From Pseudomonadota bacterium (lineage in GTDB: Bacteria; Pseudomonadota; Alphaproteobacteria; Rhodobacterales; Rhodobacteraceae): DNA of 64,000 nucleotides. Below the pieces are notes generated by a model. The model ran no database searches, was not told the DNA's origin, and saw only the letters and a list, made by a program, of their open reading frames with translations. The stretch spans positions 3,811 through 67,810 of the forward strand of contig JBCBPV010000014.1 in assembly GCA_039820585.1 (NCBI GenBank). Direction: 5' to 3'. Positions 21,759-32,930 of this stretch are shown one piece after another. The position numbers and the translations under genes were made by a program. Positions within the stretch are counted from its first letter, which is position 1; each line of letters starts with the position of its first letter.

Positions 21759-22595
21759 ATGCCTACCGCAAGCGATCCCCGGGGCCTGCCGTTCATGAAG
21801 ATGCACGGGCTTGGCAACGACTTCGTCGTGATCGACAGCCGCACAGCCCAGCGGCCTGTCACGGCGTCGCTTGCGCGCGCGCTGGGCGACCGACACCGCG
21901 GTGTGGGATTCGATCAGTTGGCGGTGATAGCGGACGATGACACCGCCGATCTGCACCTGACATTCTACAACGCCGATGGCTCGCCCGCCGGGGCTTGCGG
22001 GAACGCCACGCGGTGCATCGCCCGCCTTGAGATGGACACCCGCGGTGTCGACACATTGACCCTCCGGACCGAGCGGGGCGTCTTGCAGGCACGCGATGCG
22101 GGGCAGGGGAACACGGCGGTGAATATGGGGGCGCCCTTGCTCGACTGGGCGGATATCCCGCTGGCCGAAGCGGTGGATACCCTGCACCTGCCGATCGAAG
22201 GCGGGCCGGTGGCCACGGGCATGGGCAATCCGCACTGCACGTTCTTTGTCGAAAACGCCGAAGATGTGGATCTGGCCAGCTTCGGCCCCACCCACGAACA
22301 CCACCCGCTCTTCCCCCAGCGCACCAATGTGCAGGTGGCACAGGTCACCGGCCCTGACCGCCTGCGCATGCGCGTGTGGGAGCGGGGGGTGGGCGTGACG
22401 CTGGCCTCGGGCTCGTCCTCCTGCGCCGTCGCGGTCGCCGCGCACCGACGGGGCCTGACCGGGCGCGCGGTCACGATTGACCTCGACGGTGGCACAATTG
22501 ACATCGACTGGCGCGACGATGGCGTCTGGATGACCGGGCCCACGGCGCATGTGTTCACCGGAACCCTTACGCCGGCGTTCCTGGACGCGCTCTAA
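21759..22595 (+). CDS. dapF: Diaminopimelate epimerase
   Basis: [21 protein letters not shown] and SGSSSCA active-site cysteines. Start is the ATG at 21759 or 21729. Confidence 0.9.
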   Translation: MPTASDPRGLPFMKMHGLGNDFVVIDSRTAQRPVTASLARALGDRHRGVGFDQLAVIADDDTADLHLTFYNADGSPAGACGNATRCIARLEMDTRGVDTLTLRTERGVLQARDAGQGNTAVNMGAPLLDWADIPLAEAVDTLHLPIEGGPVATGMGNPHCTFFVENAEDVDLASFGPTHEHHPLFPQRTNVQVAQVTGPDRLRMRVWERGVGVTLASGSSSCAVAVAAHRRGLTGRAVTIDLDGGTIDIDWRDDGVWMTGPTAHVFTGTLTPAFLDAL

Positions 22596-23843
22596 ATGGA
22601 TCGTCGCGCCCCCATATTCTCCAACCACGGCTGTCGGCTGAACGCTTATGAAACCGAGGCGATGAAAGAGCTGGCCACACAAGCGGGGCTGGGGGATGCG
22701 GTGATCGTGAACACCTGTGCCGTCACGTCCGAGGCGGTGCGCAAGGCGCGCCAGGACATTCGGCGGCTTCGGCGGGAAAACCCCGGCGCGCGGGTGATCG
22801 TGACCGGCTGTGCGGCCCAGACCGACCCCGACAGCTTTGCCGCCATGGATGAGGTCGACACTGTCATCGGCAACACGGAAAAGATGCAGCCCGCCACCTG
22901 GACCGGCCTGATCGGCGCGACCGAGCCTGTGCAGGTCGACGACATCATGTCGGTGCGCGAGACCGCAGGCCACCTGATCGACGGGTTCGGCACCCGCTCG
23001 CGCGCCTATGTACAGGTGCAGAACGGCTGTGATCACAGATGCACCTTCTGCATCATCCCCTTCGGCCGGGGCAACTCCCGCTCGGTCCCAGCGGGGGTGG
23101 TGGTGGAGCAGATCCAGCGCCTGGTGGATCGCGGATATAACGAGGTCGTGCTCACCGGCGTCGATCTCACCAGTTGGGGCGCCGACCTGCCCGCCGCCCC
23201 GCGCCTTGGCGATCTGGTGCAGCGGATCCTCAAACTGGTGCCCGACCTGCCGCGCCTGCGCATCAGCTCCATCGATTCGATCGAGGTCGATCCGGCGCTG
23301 ATGGAGGCCATCGCAGGCCAGCCCCGCCTGATGCCCCATCTGCATCTCAGTCTGCAGGCGGGCGATGACCTCACCCTCAAACGCATGAAGCGCCGCCACC
23401 TGCGTGACGATGCGATTGCGTTTTGCCAAGAGGCGCGGCGCCTGCGCCCCGACATGACCTTCGGCGCCGACATCATCGCCGGTTTCCCGACCGAGACAGA
23501 AGCGATGTTCGAAAACTCGCTCAAGCTGGTCGAAGACTGTGATCTGACCTGGCTCCACATCTTCCCCTATTCCCCACGCCCCGGCACCCCCGCCGCCCGG
23601 ATGCCGCAAGTGGATGGCCGCGCCATCAAAGACCGCGCCGCCCGCCTGCGCGCTTTGGGCCAGATCCAAACCCAGCGGCATTTGACCCAGACCGTCGGTC
23701 AAACCCGCAACATCTTGATGGAAAGCCCCCGCATGGGGCGGACCGAGCAATTCGCCGAGGTCACGTTCCCCACCGACCAACCCGTGGGCCAGATCGTCCG
23801 CGCCACGCTCACCGGGCAGGACGGCACCCGGCTTTTGGCGTGA
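22596..23843 (+). CDS. mtaB: MiaB-like radical-SAM tRNA methylthiotransferase (MtaB type)
   Basis: N-terminal cysteines (GCRLN, NTCAVT, TGCAAQ), radical-SAM CDHRCTFCIIP and a TRAM-like C-terminus. Confidence 0.88.
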   Translation: MDRRAPIFSNHGCRLNAYETEAMKELATQAGLGDAVIVNTCAVTSEAVRKARQDIRRLRRENPGARVIVTGCAAQTDPDSFAAMDEVDTVIGNTEKMQPATWTGLIGATEPVQVDDIMSVRETAGHLIDGFGTRSRAYVQVQNGCDHRCTFCIIPFGRGNSRSVPAGVVVEQIQRLVDRGYNEVVLTGVDLTSWGADLPAAPRLGDLVQRILKLVPDLPRLRISSIDSIEVDPALMEAIAGQPRLMPHLHLSLQAGDDLTLKRMKRRHLRDDAIAFCQEARRLRPDMTFGADIIAGFPTETEAMFENSLKLVEDCDLTWLHIFPYSPRPGTPAARMPQVDGRAIKDRAARLRALGQIQTQRHLTQTVGQTRNILMESPRMGRTEQFAEVTFPTDQPVGQIVRATLTGQDGTRLLA

Positions 23844-24463
23844 CGCGCCCGGTCCTCTGGTCCTTCCGTCGCTGCCCCTATGCCATGCGCGCGCGTCTGG
23901 CGCTGGATGTGGCCCAAATCCGTCTCGAACACCGCGAAATCCTGCTGCGGGACAAGCCGGATGCGTTCCTGCAAGCCTCGACCAAGGGCACGGTTCCGGT
24001 GCTTCAGATCGGCGAACGGGCGATTGACGAAAGCCTCGATGTCATGCGCTGGGCGCTGGCACAGAACGACCCAGAGGGCTGGTTGCAGATGCCGGATGAC
24101 GGGTGGGATCTGATCGCCCGCACCGATGGCCCGTTCAAAACCGCCCTCGACCGCTACAAATATGCCAACCGCTTTGAGGGCGCGAATTCCACAGAAGAAC
24201 GCGACAAAGCGGCTCTGTTCCTGCACGAACTGGACGAACGGCTCACCACCACCCCCTGGCTTTTCGGCCAAACACCCCGCATCGCGGACATGGCCATCCT
24301 GCCCTTCATCCGCCAATACGCCAACACCGACCGTCCCTGGTTCGATGCGCAAGACTGGCCAGCGCTCATATGCTGGCTCGACCGCTTCCTCACCTCCCCC
24401 CGCTTCATCCGCATCATGGAAAAACACCCGCTTTGGGCCCCCGCACCCGCCAAGCCGGTGTGA
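23840..24463 (+). CDS. Glutathione S-transferase family protein
   Basis: SFRRCPYAMRARLAL...GTVPVL N-terminal thioredoxin-like GST motif. Confidence 0.8.
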   Translation: MTRPVLWSFRRCPYAMRARLALDVAQIRLEHREILLRDKPDAFLQASTKGTVPVLQIGERAIDESLDVMRWALAQNDPEGWLQMPDDGWDLIARTDGPFKTALDRYKYANRFEGANSTEERDKAALFLHELDERLTTTPWLFGQTPRIADMAILPFIRQYANTDRPWFDAQDWPALICWLDRFLTSPRFIRIMEKHPLWAPAPAKPV

Positions 24464-24518
24464 TTGGACAGACGCGCCCGCACTCCCTACATTACCCATG
24501 TAACCAAGGAGACGACCC

Positions 24519-24797
24519 ATGCCGCTTCCGCTTGCCCCGATCGCCGGAGTTGCCTTGCGCTATGGTGCAGTGGCCGTTGCCACCTACGCGCTCAGCCGCA
24601 AGATGGAACAGGCCCCCCGCGACCAGCGCAGCGAAGATGCGATGGATGATGTGCCCGAAGGTGTCGGCATGCGGCGCGACGGCGAACAGGTCAACGGCGC
24701 GGGCCGGCTGAAGCGCACGATCCGCCTGGGCACCACCGGACCGGGGGTCGAGATTGACGCAACCGCCCTGGGCCGCATCCGGTTCCGGCGCGTCTGA
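24519..24797 (+). CDS. Small hypothetical protein (92 aa)
   Basis: AAGGAG SD 7 nt upstream of the ATG. High GC3. N-terminal hydrophobic segment. Confidence 0.55.
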   Translation: MPLPLAPIAGVALRYGAVAVATYALSRKMEQAPRDQRSEDAMDDVPEGVGMRRDGEQVNGAGRLKRTIRLGTTGPGVEIDATALGRIRFRRV

Positions 24798-25421
24798 ATG
24801 CAACTCTATTATGCGTCCAGCTCACCTTACGCCCGTAAGGTGACGGTCACCCTGCACGAAACCGGTCAGTTCCACGATGTCGATCTTGTGCCGGTCTACG
24901 GCTCGCCCACCGATCCGCAGACGATGCCCGTGGCCAAGAACCCGCTGGGCAAACTGCCCACCCTGGACCGCAGCGATGGGCCCGCGATCTACGACAGCCG
25001 GGTGATCTGCCGCTACCTCAACGACCGGGCCGAGGCGCGGCTTTACCCCGATGCGCCGCGCCTGTGGGATACCCTCACGCTGGAAGCGACAGGCGACGGC
25101 ATCCTCGATGCCGCCCTTGCCATGGTCTACGAGGTCCGCCTGCGCCCCGAGGATATGCAATTCGTCGACGTGATCGAAGGCCAATGGGCCAAGATCGACC
25201 GCGCGCTCGATGTGCTGAACGAGCGTTGGATCAGCCATCTCAGCGGGCGTCTGGACGTCGGGCAGATTGCCGTGGGCTGCGCGCTGGGCTACCTTGATTT
25301 CCGGCTGGAAGACCGCGATTGGCGCAAGGGGCGCGACGCTCTGGCCGGTTGGTACGGCACCTTTGCTGGGCGTCCGTCAATGCAGGCCACACAGCCGGTC
25401 AATCCGCCGCAGCTTTCTTAA
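24798..25421 (+). CDS. Glutathione S-transferase
   Basis: LYYASSSPYARKV...NPLGKLPTL...DSRVICRYL. Confidence 0.85.
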   Translation: MQLYYASSSPYARKVTVTLHETGQFHDVDLVPVYGSPTDPQTMPVAKNPLGKLPTLDRSDGPAIYDSRVICRYLNDRAEARLYPDAPRLWDTLTLEATGDGILDAALAMVYEVRLRPEDMQFVDVIEGQWAKIDRALDVLNERWISHLSGRLDVGQIAVGCALGYLDFRLEDRDWRKGRDALAGWYGTFAGRPSMQATQPVNPPQLS

Positions 25422-25591
25422 GCTTTATCAGGCATCAGTCGCGTCAAAAGCGCACGATTCAATTGTACGATATATGACGGCTGGACGTAGGGGCATACCA
25501 GAGCTAAGTACCCCGCCGAAGGGGGCGCTTTCCATGCGCTCCATATATCTATTTGTTGGCCGCCGCCCGGCCATTGAAGATGGAGAGACAT

Positions 25592-26155
25592 GTGTCCCAA
25601 GCCGAAGATCATGAGGACGGCACCCGCCGGGATTTCCTGTATTACGCGACCGCCGGTGCCGGCGTTGTCGTGACCGGTGCTGCCGTATGGCCGCTGGTCA
25701 ACCAGATGAACCCATCCGCGGATGTGCAAGCCGCCTCAACCCTAAGGGTGGATGTGTCCGCGGTCGATCCCGGAACCCAGCTGACTGTGCTGTTTTTGGG
25801 CAAGCCCATCTTCATCCGCCGCCGCACCGAAGACGAAATCGCCGCGGCACAGGACGTTGACATGGGCGACCTGATCGACCCGGTCGCCCGGAACAGCAAC
25901 CTGGGCGAAGTGGATGCCACAGACGCCAACCGCGCCCTCGACGAAAGTGGCGAGTGGCTGGTGATGCAGGGCGTTTGTACGCACCTGGGCTGCGTGCCCC
26001 TGGGCGATGGCGCAGGCGATTACGGTGGGTGGTTCTGCCCCTGCCACGGGTCACACTACGATACATCGGGCCGAATCCGTCGCGGCCCTGCACCGGAGAA
26101 CCTGCCGGTGCCAGTCGCTGAATTTGTAGACGAAACGACGATCCTGCTCGGATAA
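25592..26155 (+). CDS. petA: Ubiquinol-cytochrome c reductase Rieske iron-sulfur subunit
   Basis: TAT-like [14 protein letters not shown] and Rieske boxes CTHLGC and [11 protein letters not shown] at 25592 matches the Rhodobacter FbcF N-terminus (MS.AEDH); the ATG at 25580 is an alternative. Confidence 0.93.
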   Translation: MSQAEDHEDGTRRDFLYYATAGAGVVVTGAAVWPLVNQMNPSADVQAASTLRVDVSAVDPGTQLTVLFLGKPIFIRRRTEDEIAAAQDVDMGDLIDPVARNSNLGEVDATDANRALDESGEWLVMQGVCTHLGCVPLGDGAGDYGGWFCPCHGSHYDTSGRIRRGPAPENLPVPVAEFVDETTILLG

Positions 26156-26166
26156 GGGAGAGACGA

Positions 26167-27513
26167 ATGTCGGGTATTCCACACGATCATTACGAGCCCA
26201 AGACGGGTGGCGAGAAGTGGCTTCACCGCCGACTTCCGATTGTCGCCCTGATGTACGACACCATCATGATCCCCACACCCAAGAACCTGAACTGGATGTG
26301 GATCTGGGGCATCGTCCTGACCTTCACGCTGGTCTTGATGATTGTCACAGGCATCGTGCTGGTGATGCACTACACCCCGCATGTCGACTATGCCTTTGCA
26401 TCGGTCGAACACATCATGCGCAACGTGAATGGCGGGCACATGATCCGCTATATTCACCAGAACGGCGCATCGCTGTTCTTCTTTGCGGTCTATCTGCACA
26501 TCTTCCGCGGCCTCTACTACGGCTCTTACAAGGAACCGCGTGAGGTGACGTGGATCATCGGCATGCTGATCTATGTGCTGATGATGGCAACGGCGTTCAT
26601 GGGCTACGTTCTGCCCTGGGGTCAGATGTCCTTCTGGGGCGCAACCGTGATCACCGGCCTCTTCGGCGCGATCCCGTTTGTGGGCGACACGCTTCTGGTC
26701 TGGCTGCAAGGTGGTCCGGCAATTGATAACGCCACGCTGAACCGCTTCTTCTCGCTGCACTATCTCTTGCCCTTCGTTATCCTGGGCCTGGTGGTCGTGC
26801 ATATCTGGGCCTTCCACACCACGGGCAACAACAACCCCACCGGTGTCGAAGTGCGCCGCACCTCGAAAGAAGAGGCTGAGCGCGACACGCTGCCGTTCTG
26901 GCCCTACTTCGTGATCAAGGATCTGTTCGCTCTGGCGCTGATCCTGGCGGTGTTCTTTGCGGTCGTGGGCTTCATGCCCAACTACCTTGGCCACCCCGAC
27001 AACTACATCGAAGCCAACCCGCTGGTTACACCGGCACACATCGTGCCCGAATGGTACTTCCTGCCGTTCTACGCGATCCTGCGCGCCTTCGATGACACCG
27101 TCTGGATCGTCCAGTTCGCGTCGTTCATCACCGGCGGCATCATCGATGCCAAGTTCTTCGGTGTACTTGCGATGTTCGGTGCGATCGTGGTGATGGCGCT
27201 GGCGCCATGGCTTGATACCTCGGCTGTCCGCTCGGGCCGCTATCGCCCGATGTTCAAGTGGTGGTTCTGGCTTCTGGTGGTGAACTTCGTCGTTCTGACC
27301 TGGGTGGGTGCGATGCCGGCGGAAGGGATCTATCCCTACATCGCCCTGATCGCGTCGACCTATTGGTTCGCGTACTTCCTGGTCATCCTGCCGCTTCTGG
27401 GCGTGATCGAGAAGCCGCTGCCAGAGCCCGCGACGATCGAGGATGACTACAAGGCGCATGCGTCCAAGACTGGCGGTACGACGACCGTCGCAGATCCAAC
27501 GCCTGCGGAATAA
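26167..27513 (+). CDS. petB: Cytochrome b
   Basis: NLNWMWIWG...[12 protein letters not shown]...HYLLPF and the [13 protein letters not shown] motif. Confidence 0.95.
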   Translation: MSGIPHDHYEPKTGGEKWLHRRLPIVALMYDTIMIPTPKNLNWMWIWGIVLTFTLVLMIVTGIVLVMHYTPHVDYAFASVEHIMRNVNGGHMIRYIHQNGASLFFFAVYLHIFRGLYYGSYKEPREVTWIIGMLIYVLMMATAFMGYVLPWGQMSFWGATVITGLFGAIPFVGDTLLVWLQGGPAIDNATLNRFFSLHYLLPFVILGLVVVHIWAFHTTGNNNPTGVEVRRTSKEEAERDTLPFWPYFVIKDLFALALILAVFFAVVGFMPNYLGHPDNYIEANPLVTPAHIVPEWYFLPFYAILRAFDDTVWIVQFASFITGGIIDAKFFGVLAMFGAIVVMALAPWLDTSAVRSGRYRPMFKWWFWLLVVNFVVLTWVGAMPAEGIYPYIALIASTYWFAYFLVILPLLGVIEKPLPEPATIEDDYKAHASKTGGTTTVADPTPAE

Positions 27514-27529
27514 GAGGATCTCTGAACCA

Positions 27530-28342
27530 ATGATCAGACAACTCACTCTTGCCGCAACGGTTGCGCTGGGCCTCGGCTCTGGCGCGGCCCTGGCTGCCGG
27601 CAAAACGGGCGAAGTCACCGATTACAGCTTCTCGTTCGAGGGGCCCTTCGGCAGCTACGACCAGATGCAGCTTCAGCGCGGCCTGCAGGTCTACACCGAG
27701 ATCTGTTCGGCCTGCCACGGCCTGCAATACGTGCCCTTGCGCACATTGGGCGATCCGGGTGGACCCGGGCTGCCCGAAGATCAGGTTCGGGCCTATGCCG
27801 AGTTCTACGAGGTGTTCGACCCAACCCTGTTCGATGGCGAGGGCGACTTTCGCGCCGCCACGCCGAACGACAACTTCCCCGGCTCGATGGTGTCCAACGC
27901 CCCCGACCTCAGCCTGATGGCGAAAGGCCGTGCGGGTTTCTCTGGCCCCTACGGCCTGGGCATCAACCAGTTCTTCCGCGGCATGGGTGGGGCGGAATAC
28001 ATCGCCTCGCTGCTCGCCGGGTACACTGGCGAGGAAAAGGAAGAAGCGGGCGCGATTCTGTATGAGAACACGGCCTTCCCGGGCGGCTGGATTTCCATGG
28101 CACCCCCGCTTTGGGGCGATGATGTCGAATTTGCCGATGGCAGCCCGACAGATATTGAAAGCCTGTCAAAGGACGTCTCGGCCTTCCTGATGTGGACGGC
28201 AGAGCCCAAGATGATGGCCCGTAAGCAGGCCGGCTTCACCGCCGTTCTGATGCTGGTGATCCTCTCGGCGCTTCTCTACCTGACGAACAAGCGGATCTGG
28301 GCCCCGGTCAAACGGGCCGCCAAGGAAACGCCAGCAGAGTAA
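27530..28342 (+). CDS. petC: Cytochrome c1
   Basis: Signal peptide, CSACHG haem-binding motif and a C-terminal TM anchor. Start at the ATG at 27530 (MIRQLTLAA). Confidence 0.93.
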   Translation: MIRQLTLAATVALGLGSGAALAAGKTGEVTDYSFSFEGPFGSYDQMQLQRGLQVYTEICSACHGLQYVPLRTLGDPGGPGLPEDQVRAYAEFYEVFDPTLFDGEGDFRAATPNDNFPGSMVSNAPDLSLMAKGRAGFSGPYGLGINQFFRGMGGAEYIASLLAGYTGEEKEEAGAILYENTAFPGGWISMAPPLWGDDVEFADGSPTDIESLSKDVSAFLMWTAEPKMMARKQAGFTAVLMLVILSALLYLTNKRIWAPVKRAAKETPAE

Positions 28343-28364
28343 ACTGCGCCACATTGATCTTCGG

Positions 28365-28391
28365 AAAAGCGCGCCTTCGGGCGCGCTTTTT
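28365..28391. terminator. Bidirectional intrinsic terminator between convergent petC and thiQ
   Basis: AAAA-GCGCGCC-TTCG-GGCGCGC-TTTTT, a perfect 7-bp GC stem with a tetraloop, flanked by A and T runs. Confidence 0.8.
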
Positions 28392-29083
28392 CATGCCAGA
28401 TACGCCGCTAGGGCAGGGGGTGGGTTATCCAGCAGGTCCCCCGTGCCCATCGGCGCATGCGCCCGACCGTCGGCCACCAGGATCGTCCGTTCCGCCACCC
28501 GCCGCGCGTCGCCCGGATCATGGGTCACCAACAGCACCGTCTTGCCATCGGCCACCAGCGTCCCCCGCACCAGATCCAGCATCTCGGCCTTCAGCGCCGG
28601 TCCCAGCGCCGCAAACGGCTCATCCAGCAACACAAGCGGCCGATCCCGCACCAGCGCCCGCGCCAGTGCCACCCGGCTCTGCTCGCCCCCCGACAGCGCG
28701 GCGGGCTTGCGCGTCTCCTTACCGTCCAGACCCACCCGCGCCAGCACTGCATCCACCTGCGCCCATTGCGCGTCCGACAAGCGCAGGTTCGGCGCCACGC
28801 CCAACGCCACGTTCGCCCGCACATCGAGATGGGGAAACAGGTTGTTGTCCTGGAACACCACCGACACAGGCCGTTGCCCGGGGCTAAGCGGCGTCAAATC
28901 AGCATCCGCCCAAAACACCCGCCCACTGGCCGGTACCACAAACCCCGCTATCACCGATAACAGCGTCGATTTCCCCGCGCCCGACGGCCCGATCACCGCC
29001 GTCACCCCGGCACCGCCAACCTCAAAATCCGCCGCCAACCGATGGCTGCCCTGCCGCACCTCAACCCCCTCAAACCGCAGCAT
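28391..29083 (-). CDS. thiQ: Thiamine ABC transporter ATP-binding protein
   Basis: Walker A GPSGAGKST, signature LSGGEQSRV, Walker B LLLDEP. In an operon with thiP and thiB behind a TPP riboswitch. Confidence 0.88.
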   Translation of the reverse strand: MLRFEGVEVRQGSHRLAADFEVGGAGVTAVIGPSGAGKSTLLSVIAGFVVPASGRVFWADADLTPLSPGQRPVSVVFQDNNLFPHLDVRANVALGVAPNLRLSDAQWAQVDAVLARVGLDGKETRKPAALSGGEQSRVALARALVRDRPLVLLDEPFAALGPALKAEMLDLVRGTLVADGKTVLLVTHDPGDARRVAERTILVADGRAHAPMGTGDLLDNPPPALAAYLA

Positions 29084-30629
29084 GCATCCGCCCCCCGCGA
29101 TCAATCGCCCAGAACAGCACGAGGCTCAGCGCCAACAGCAACAGTGCCGCCCCCGCCGCATCCTCCGTCCGGTACGCCGCCATCAGACGATACAGCTGCA
29201 AGGGCAGGGTGGCATTCTCACTATCCGCAAACAGCGCAATGACGCCGAGATCCCCCATCGACAACGCCGCCGCCAGCCCGGCCGAGAACCCCAAGGGTCG
29301 CCGCAACCGCGGCAACACCAGCCACCGCAGCCGCGCCCAGCCCGTCATCCCCAACGCATCCGCCGTCCGCCCATACTGCGCCTCGACCACCGCCAGCTCG
29401 GGCAGGATCGCGCGCAACGCAAAAGGCAGGCTCATCGCCGCATTCACCGCAATCGTCACCGGAAGGGCCAGCGCCGCGGGATCCGCAAGCGGAAACAGCA
29501 CAATGAACAGCCCCGTCCCAATCACCAAAGGCGACGCCGCAATCGACAGATAGCCCACGCTTTCCATCACCCCCGCCGCAACCGCCCGTGTCCCCCGCAA
29601 GGCCTGCGCCGCCGAGGCGAGCGGCAGCGCCAGGCACAGCACCAATACCGCCGAGGCCACCGCCACCACCACAGACCGCCCCGCCGCCTCAAACACCTGC
29701 ACCGGCAGCCCCGCAAGCTGCGGCACCCCCCGGATCACGATCATCGACAAGGGAACCAACAGGAACAACGCCGCCAACCCAATCCACCCCGCATCCAGCA
29801 CGCGCGCAGGCCCGCGTGCGGCATCCCACCGCTGCAAAGGCCGGTCCAGCCCCGCGCCCATCGCCGCCGGCACCGCGACCCAGGCCGCCAACGCCGCCGC
29901 TGCGCCCGTGACGGCGAACTGGATCGTTGCCAAAACCGCCGCTTTGCCCAGATCGAACTCAAACAGAAACGCCTGATAGATCGCCAACTCAATCGTCGTC
30001 GCCCGCGGCCCCCCGCCCAGCGTCAGCGCAACGGCAAAGCTGGTCGTGCAGATCAGAAAGATCAGCATCGCCACGCCGGGCACCACGGCCCGCAGCATAG
30101 GCCATTCCAACTGCCGAAACACGTCCCACGGCCCCATGCCCAGCGTCGCCGCCAGCCGAAACCGCTCCGCCGGGATCGCCAGCCACCCTTGCAGGATCAG
30201 CCGCGTCGCCAGTGGCAGGTTGAAGAACACATGCGCCAGCACGACCCCATGCAGCCCATAAATGCTCAGCGGGTCCAGCCCCAGTGCCCCCAACCCCTGC
30301 GACACCAACCCGGTCCGCCCGAACACCGCAAGCAGCCCCAGCACCGCAACAATCACCGGCACAATGAACGGCGCGCCCAACAGCAGCACCAGCACGCCCC
30401 GCCCCGGAAACGACCGCCGCGCCAGGGCCCGCGCCACCGGGATCGCCAGCGCCACGCTAATCACCGCCGACAGCACCGCCTGCCACAAGGTAAACCGGAT
30501 CGCCGCCCAATCCCCCGCGCCAAGGCCGGCCCCAGCCTCGGCCCAAAGCGCCACAACCGCCAGCGGGCCGAGGGTCAGCAAAACGACAAACGCCGCCGCC
30601 AGCCCCCCGCCCACCAGCGTCTTTGTCAT
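29070..30629 (-). CDS. thiP: Thiamine/thiamine-pyrophosphate ABC transporter permease (duplicated domain)
   Basis: About 520 aa with 12 TM helices. ATGA overlap with the thiB stop at 30626-30629. Confidence 0.88.
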   Translation of the reverse strand: MTKTLVGGGLAAAFVVLLTLGPLAVVALWAEAGAGLGAGDWAAIRFTLWQAVLSAVISVALAIPVARALARRSFPGRGVLVLLLGAPFIVPVIVAVLGLLAVFGRTGLVSQGLGALGLDPLSIYGLHGVVLAHVFFNLPLATRLILQGWLAIPAERFRLAATLGMGPWDVFRQLEWPMLRAVVPGVAMLIFLICTTSFAVALTLGGGPRATTIELAIYQAFLFEFDLGKAAVLATIQFAVTGAAAALAAWVAVPAAMGAGLDRPLQRWDAARGPARVLDAGWIGLAALFLLVPLSMIVIRGVPQLAGLPVQVFEAAGRSVVVAVASAVLVLCLALPLASAAQALRGTRAVAAGVMESVGYLSIAASPLVIGTGLFIVLFPLADPAALALPVTIAVNAAMSLPFALRAILPELAVVEAQYGRTADALGMTGWARLRWLVLPRLRRPLGFSAGLAAALSMGDLGVIALFADSENATLPLQLYRLMAAYRTEDAAGAALLLLALSLVLFWAIDRGGRMHAAV

Positions 30630-31618
30630 TGGCTGAGCGCGCCCAACCACGTCTCCAACGCCACATCGCGCACCGCAGGCGCCTCATCCGCGGGGATAAC
30701 CAGCGCCGTTTCGGGCTGGATCAGGGTCTCAAACCCCTCAGGCAATCCGCCTTCGGGGATCACGGCTGGGTACATCCAGTTCGTCGTCGGGATCACCGAC
30801 TGAAACCCGTCCGAGATCATGAAGGCCAAAAACGCATCCGCCAGCTCCGGCTGATCGGTCCCCGCCAGCTTCCCCGCCACCTCGATCTGCATGTAATGCC
30901 CTTCGTCAAAGGGCGCCGCCGCCTTCGACGGATCTTCCTCGGCGATCAGGTGATACGCAGGCGATGTTGTATAGGACAACACCATGTCCGCTTCACCCTC
31001 CAGAAACAGCCCATAGGCCTCCGACCAGCCCTTGGTAACTGTCACGATGTTATCGCTCAGCCCGGCCCAGATCTCACCCGCCTCGTCGCCATAAGCCGCC
31101 TGAACCCACATCAGCAGGCCCAGCCCCGGCGTCGACGATCGCGGATCCTGGATCAGGATCGACACGTCGCTGTCGGCCAATTCCCGCAGGCTCGTGGGCG
31201 GCGTGGGCACTGCTTCCTTGTCATGCACAAACGCAAAATACCCCCAGTCGAACGGCAAAAACGTCTCATCCGTCCAGTCCACGGGCAGATCCAGCCCACT
31301 GGCATCCTGCCCATGCGCCTCAAACAGCCCCGTCTCAGCCGCCGCTGCCGTCAGGTTCGTATCCAGCCCCAGCACGATATCGGCATCGGTCCGCGCCCCT
31401 TCCAGACGCACACGCGACAGCAAAGACGCGCCATCGCCCGCGCCCACAAATTGCAAGTCACAGCCGCAGGTTTCTTCAAACGCGGCCTCCACCGCAGGCC
31501 CCGGCCCCCAGTCCGAGGTGAAACTGTCATAGGTATAAATTGTCAGCACAGGCAGATCCGCAACAGCAGGTGTTGCCGCCAAAAGCCCAGCCGCGATGAT
31601 CGGATGTTTACGCATCAT
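30626..31618 (-). CDS. thiB: Thiamine ABC transporter periplasmic binding protein
   Basis: Signal peptide [20 protein letters not shown]. Its SD GGAGGA is sequestered by the riboswitch expression platform. First gene after the THI-box. Confidence 0.88.
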   Translation of the reverse strand: MMRKHPIIAAGLLAATPAVADLPVLTIYTYDSFTSDWGPGPAVEAAFEETCGCDLQFVGAGDGASLLSRVRLEGARTDADIVLGLDTNLTAAAAETGLFEAHGQDASGLDLPVDWTDETFLPFDWGYFAFVHDKEAVPTPPTSLRELADSDVSILIQDPRSSTPGLGLLMWVQAAYGDEAGEIWAGLSDNIVTVTKGWSEAYGLFLEGEADMVLSYTTSPAYHLIAEEDPSKAAAPFDEGHYMQIEVAGKLAGTDQPELADAFLAFMISDGFQSVIPTTNWMYPAVIPEGGLPEGFETLIQPETALVIPADEAPAVRDVALETWLGALSQ

Positions 31619-31750
31619 ATCCTCCATTCATGGCCCGGACGAAGTTCGGTCAGAGGATATCTCTACCTTCCCTCCGCCGGTCTTAACCGGTTCAGGTTCA
31701 ACGGGTTCGCAGATTTGCATCTCAGCCCAGCCGGGCACCCCGAGGTGGGT
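31613..31750 (-). promoter_or_regulatory. TPP (THI-box) riboswitch with an SD-sequestering expression platform
   Basis: The minus strand reads CTCGGGGTGCCCGGCTGGGCTGAGATGCAAATCTGCGAACCCGTTGAACCTGAACCGGTTAAGACCGGCGGAGGGAAGG. All THI-box hallmarks are present: GGGGUGC, CUGAGA, ACCC, GAACCUGA, the stem-loop before GCG, and AGGGAA. Downstream, AGAUAUCCUC is complementary to the thiB SD region GAGGAUAU. Confidence 0.88.
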
Positions 31751-31829
31751 TTGTATCTATGCCGCAGGGCGGGGCAGGGCAAGGCGAAACCCCTTGAGGC
31801 CGCCGGGGGCCACCGCTAAGCACGCGGGC

Positions 31830-32930
31830 ATGAGCTTCAACACCTTCGGCCACCTCTTCCGCGTCACCACCTGGGGCGAAAGCCACGGACCCGCCCTGGG
31901 CGCCACGGTGGATGGCTGCCCGCCGGGCGTGCCGATCTCGGCCGAGGACATCCAGGTCTGGCTCGACAAGCGCAAACCCGGCCAGAACCGCTACACAACC
32001 CAACGCCGCGAAGCCGACGCCGTGGAAATCCTGTCCGGCGTGTTCGAGGGCCTGACCACCGGCACGCCGATCCAGCTGATGATCCGCAACACAGATCAGC
32101 GCTCGAAAGACTACGGCGACATCGCCGAAAAGTTCCGCCCCGGCCATGCCGACATCACCTACTGGCAAAAGTACGGCATCCGCGACTATCGCGGCGGGGG
32201 CCGGTCATCCGCCCGCGAAACCGCCGCACGCGTGGCCGCAGGGGGCGTTGCCCGCGCGGCACTGGCGCACCTCGTCCCCGATCTGCAGATCACCGGCTAC
32301 ATGGTCCGCATGGGCGAACACGCCATCGACCGCGCCCGCTTCGACTGGGCTGAGGTCGCGAACAATCCGTTCTGGACGCCCGATGCCCAAGCCGCCGAAG
32401 ACTGGGCCACCTACCTCGACGGGTTGCGCAAATCCGGCAGCTCGGTGGGTGCCCTGATCGAAGTCGCCGTGCGCGGCGCACCGGCGGGCCTGGGCGCACC
32501 GGTCTATGCCAAGCTCGACACCGATCTGGCCGCCGCGATGATGAGCATCAATGCCGTCAAAGGCGTGGAGATCGGCGAAGGCCTGTCCGCCGCCATGCTG
32601 ACGGGCGAAGCCAATGCCGATGAGATCACGATGGGGCCAAACGGCCCGGAGTACAGCTCAAACCACGCGGGCGGTATTCTGGGCGGTATCTCCACAGGTC
32701 AGGACATCATCGTCCGCTTCGCCGTCAAGCCCACCTCATCCATCCTGACGCCCCGCCGGACGATCACCAAGTCGGGCGAGAACACCGAAATCGTCACCAA
32801 AGGCCGCCACGACCCCTGCGTCGGCATCCGCGCAGTACCGGTGGGCGAAGCGATGGCCGCCTGCGTGATCCTCGACCACTTGCTTTTGGATCGGGGTCAA
32901 ACCGGCGGCCAGCGCGGCCGGATCGGCTAA
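31830..32930 (+). CDS. aroC: Chorismate synthase
   Basis: [24 protein letters not shown]...[11 protein letters not shown]...GRHDPC. Confidence 0.95.
   Translation: MSFNTFGHLFRVTTWGESHGPALGATVDGCPPGVPISAEDIQVWLDKRKPGQNRYTTQRREADAVEILSGVFEGLTTGTPIQLMIRNTDQRSKDYGDIAEKFRPGHADITYWQKYGIRDYRGGGRSSARETAARVAAGGVARAALAHLVPDLQITGYMVRMGEHAIDRARFDWAEVANNPFWTPDAQAAEDWATYLDGLRKSGSSVGALIEVAVRGAPAGLGAPVYAKLDTDLAAAMMSINAVKGVEIGEGLSAAMLTGEANADEITMGPNGPEYSSNHAGGILGGISTGQDIIVRFAVKPTSSILTPRRTITKSGENTEIVTKGRHDPCVGIRAVPVGEAMAACVILDHLLLDRGQTGGQRGRIG

Noticed and set aside
21642-23780. 712-aa minus-strand ORF, the third-longest ORF in the track
   Set aside because: It lies entirely antisense to dapF and mtaB, which have clear catalytic motifs. 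Its translation is Arg/Gly/Ala/Pro-rich with no motifs, a typical shadow ORF of a high-GC genome.
26056-27618. 520-aa minus-strand ORF
   Set aside because: It is antisense to cytochrome b (petB), whose [13 protein letters not shown] and other motifs are unambiguous.
28443-30803. 786-aa plus-strand ORF
   Set aside because: It is antisense to thiQ/thiP/thiB and its translation is an R/P/Q/H low-complexity string. The opposite strand carries Walker motifs and TM permease domains.
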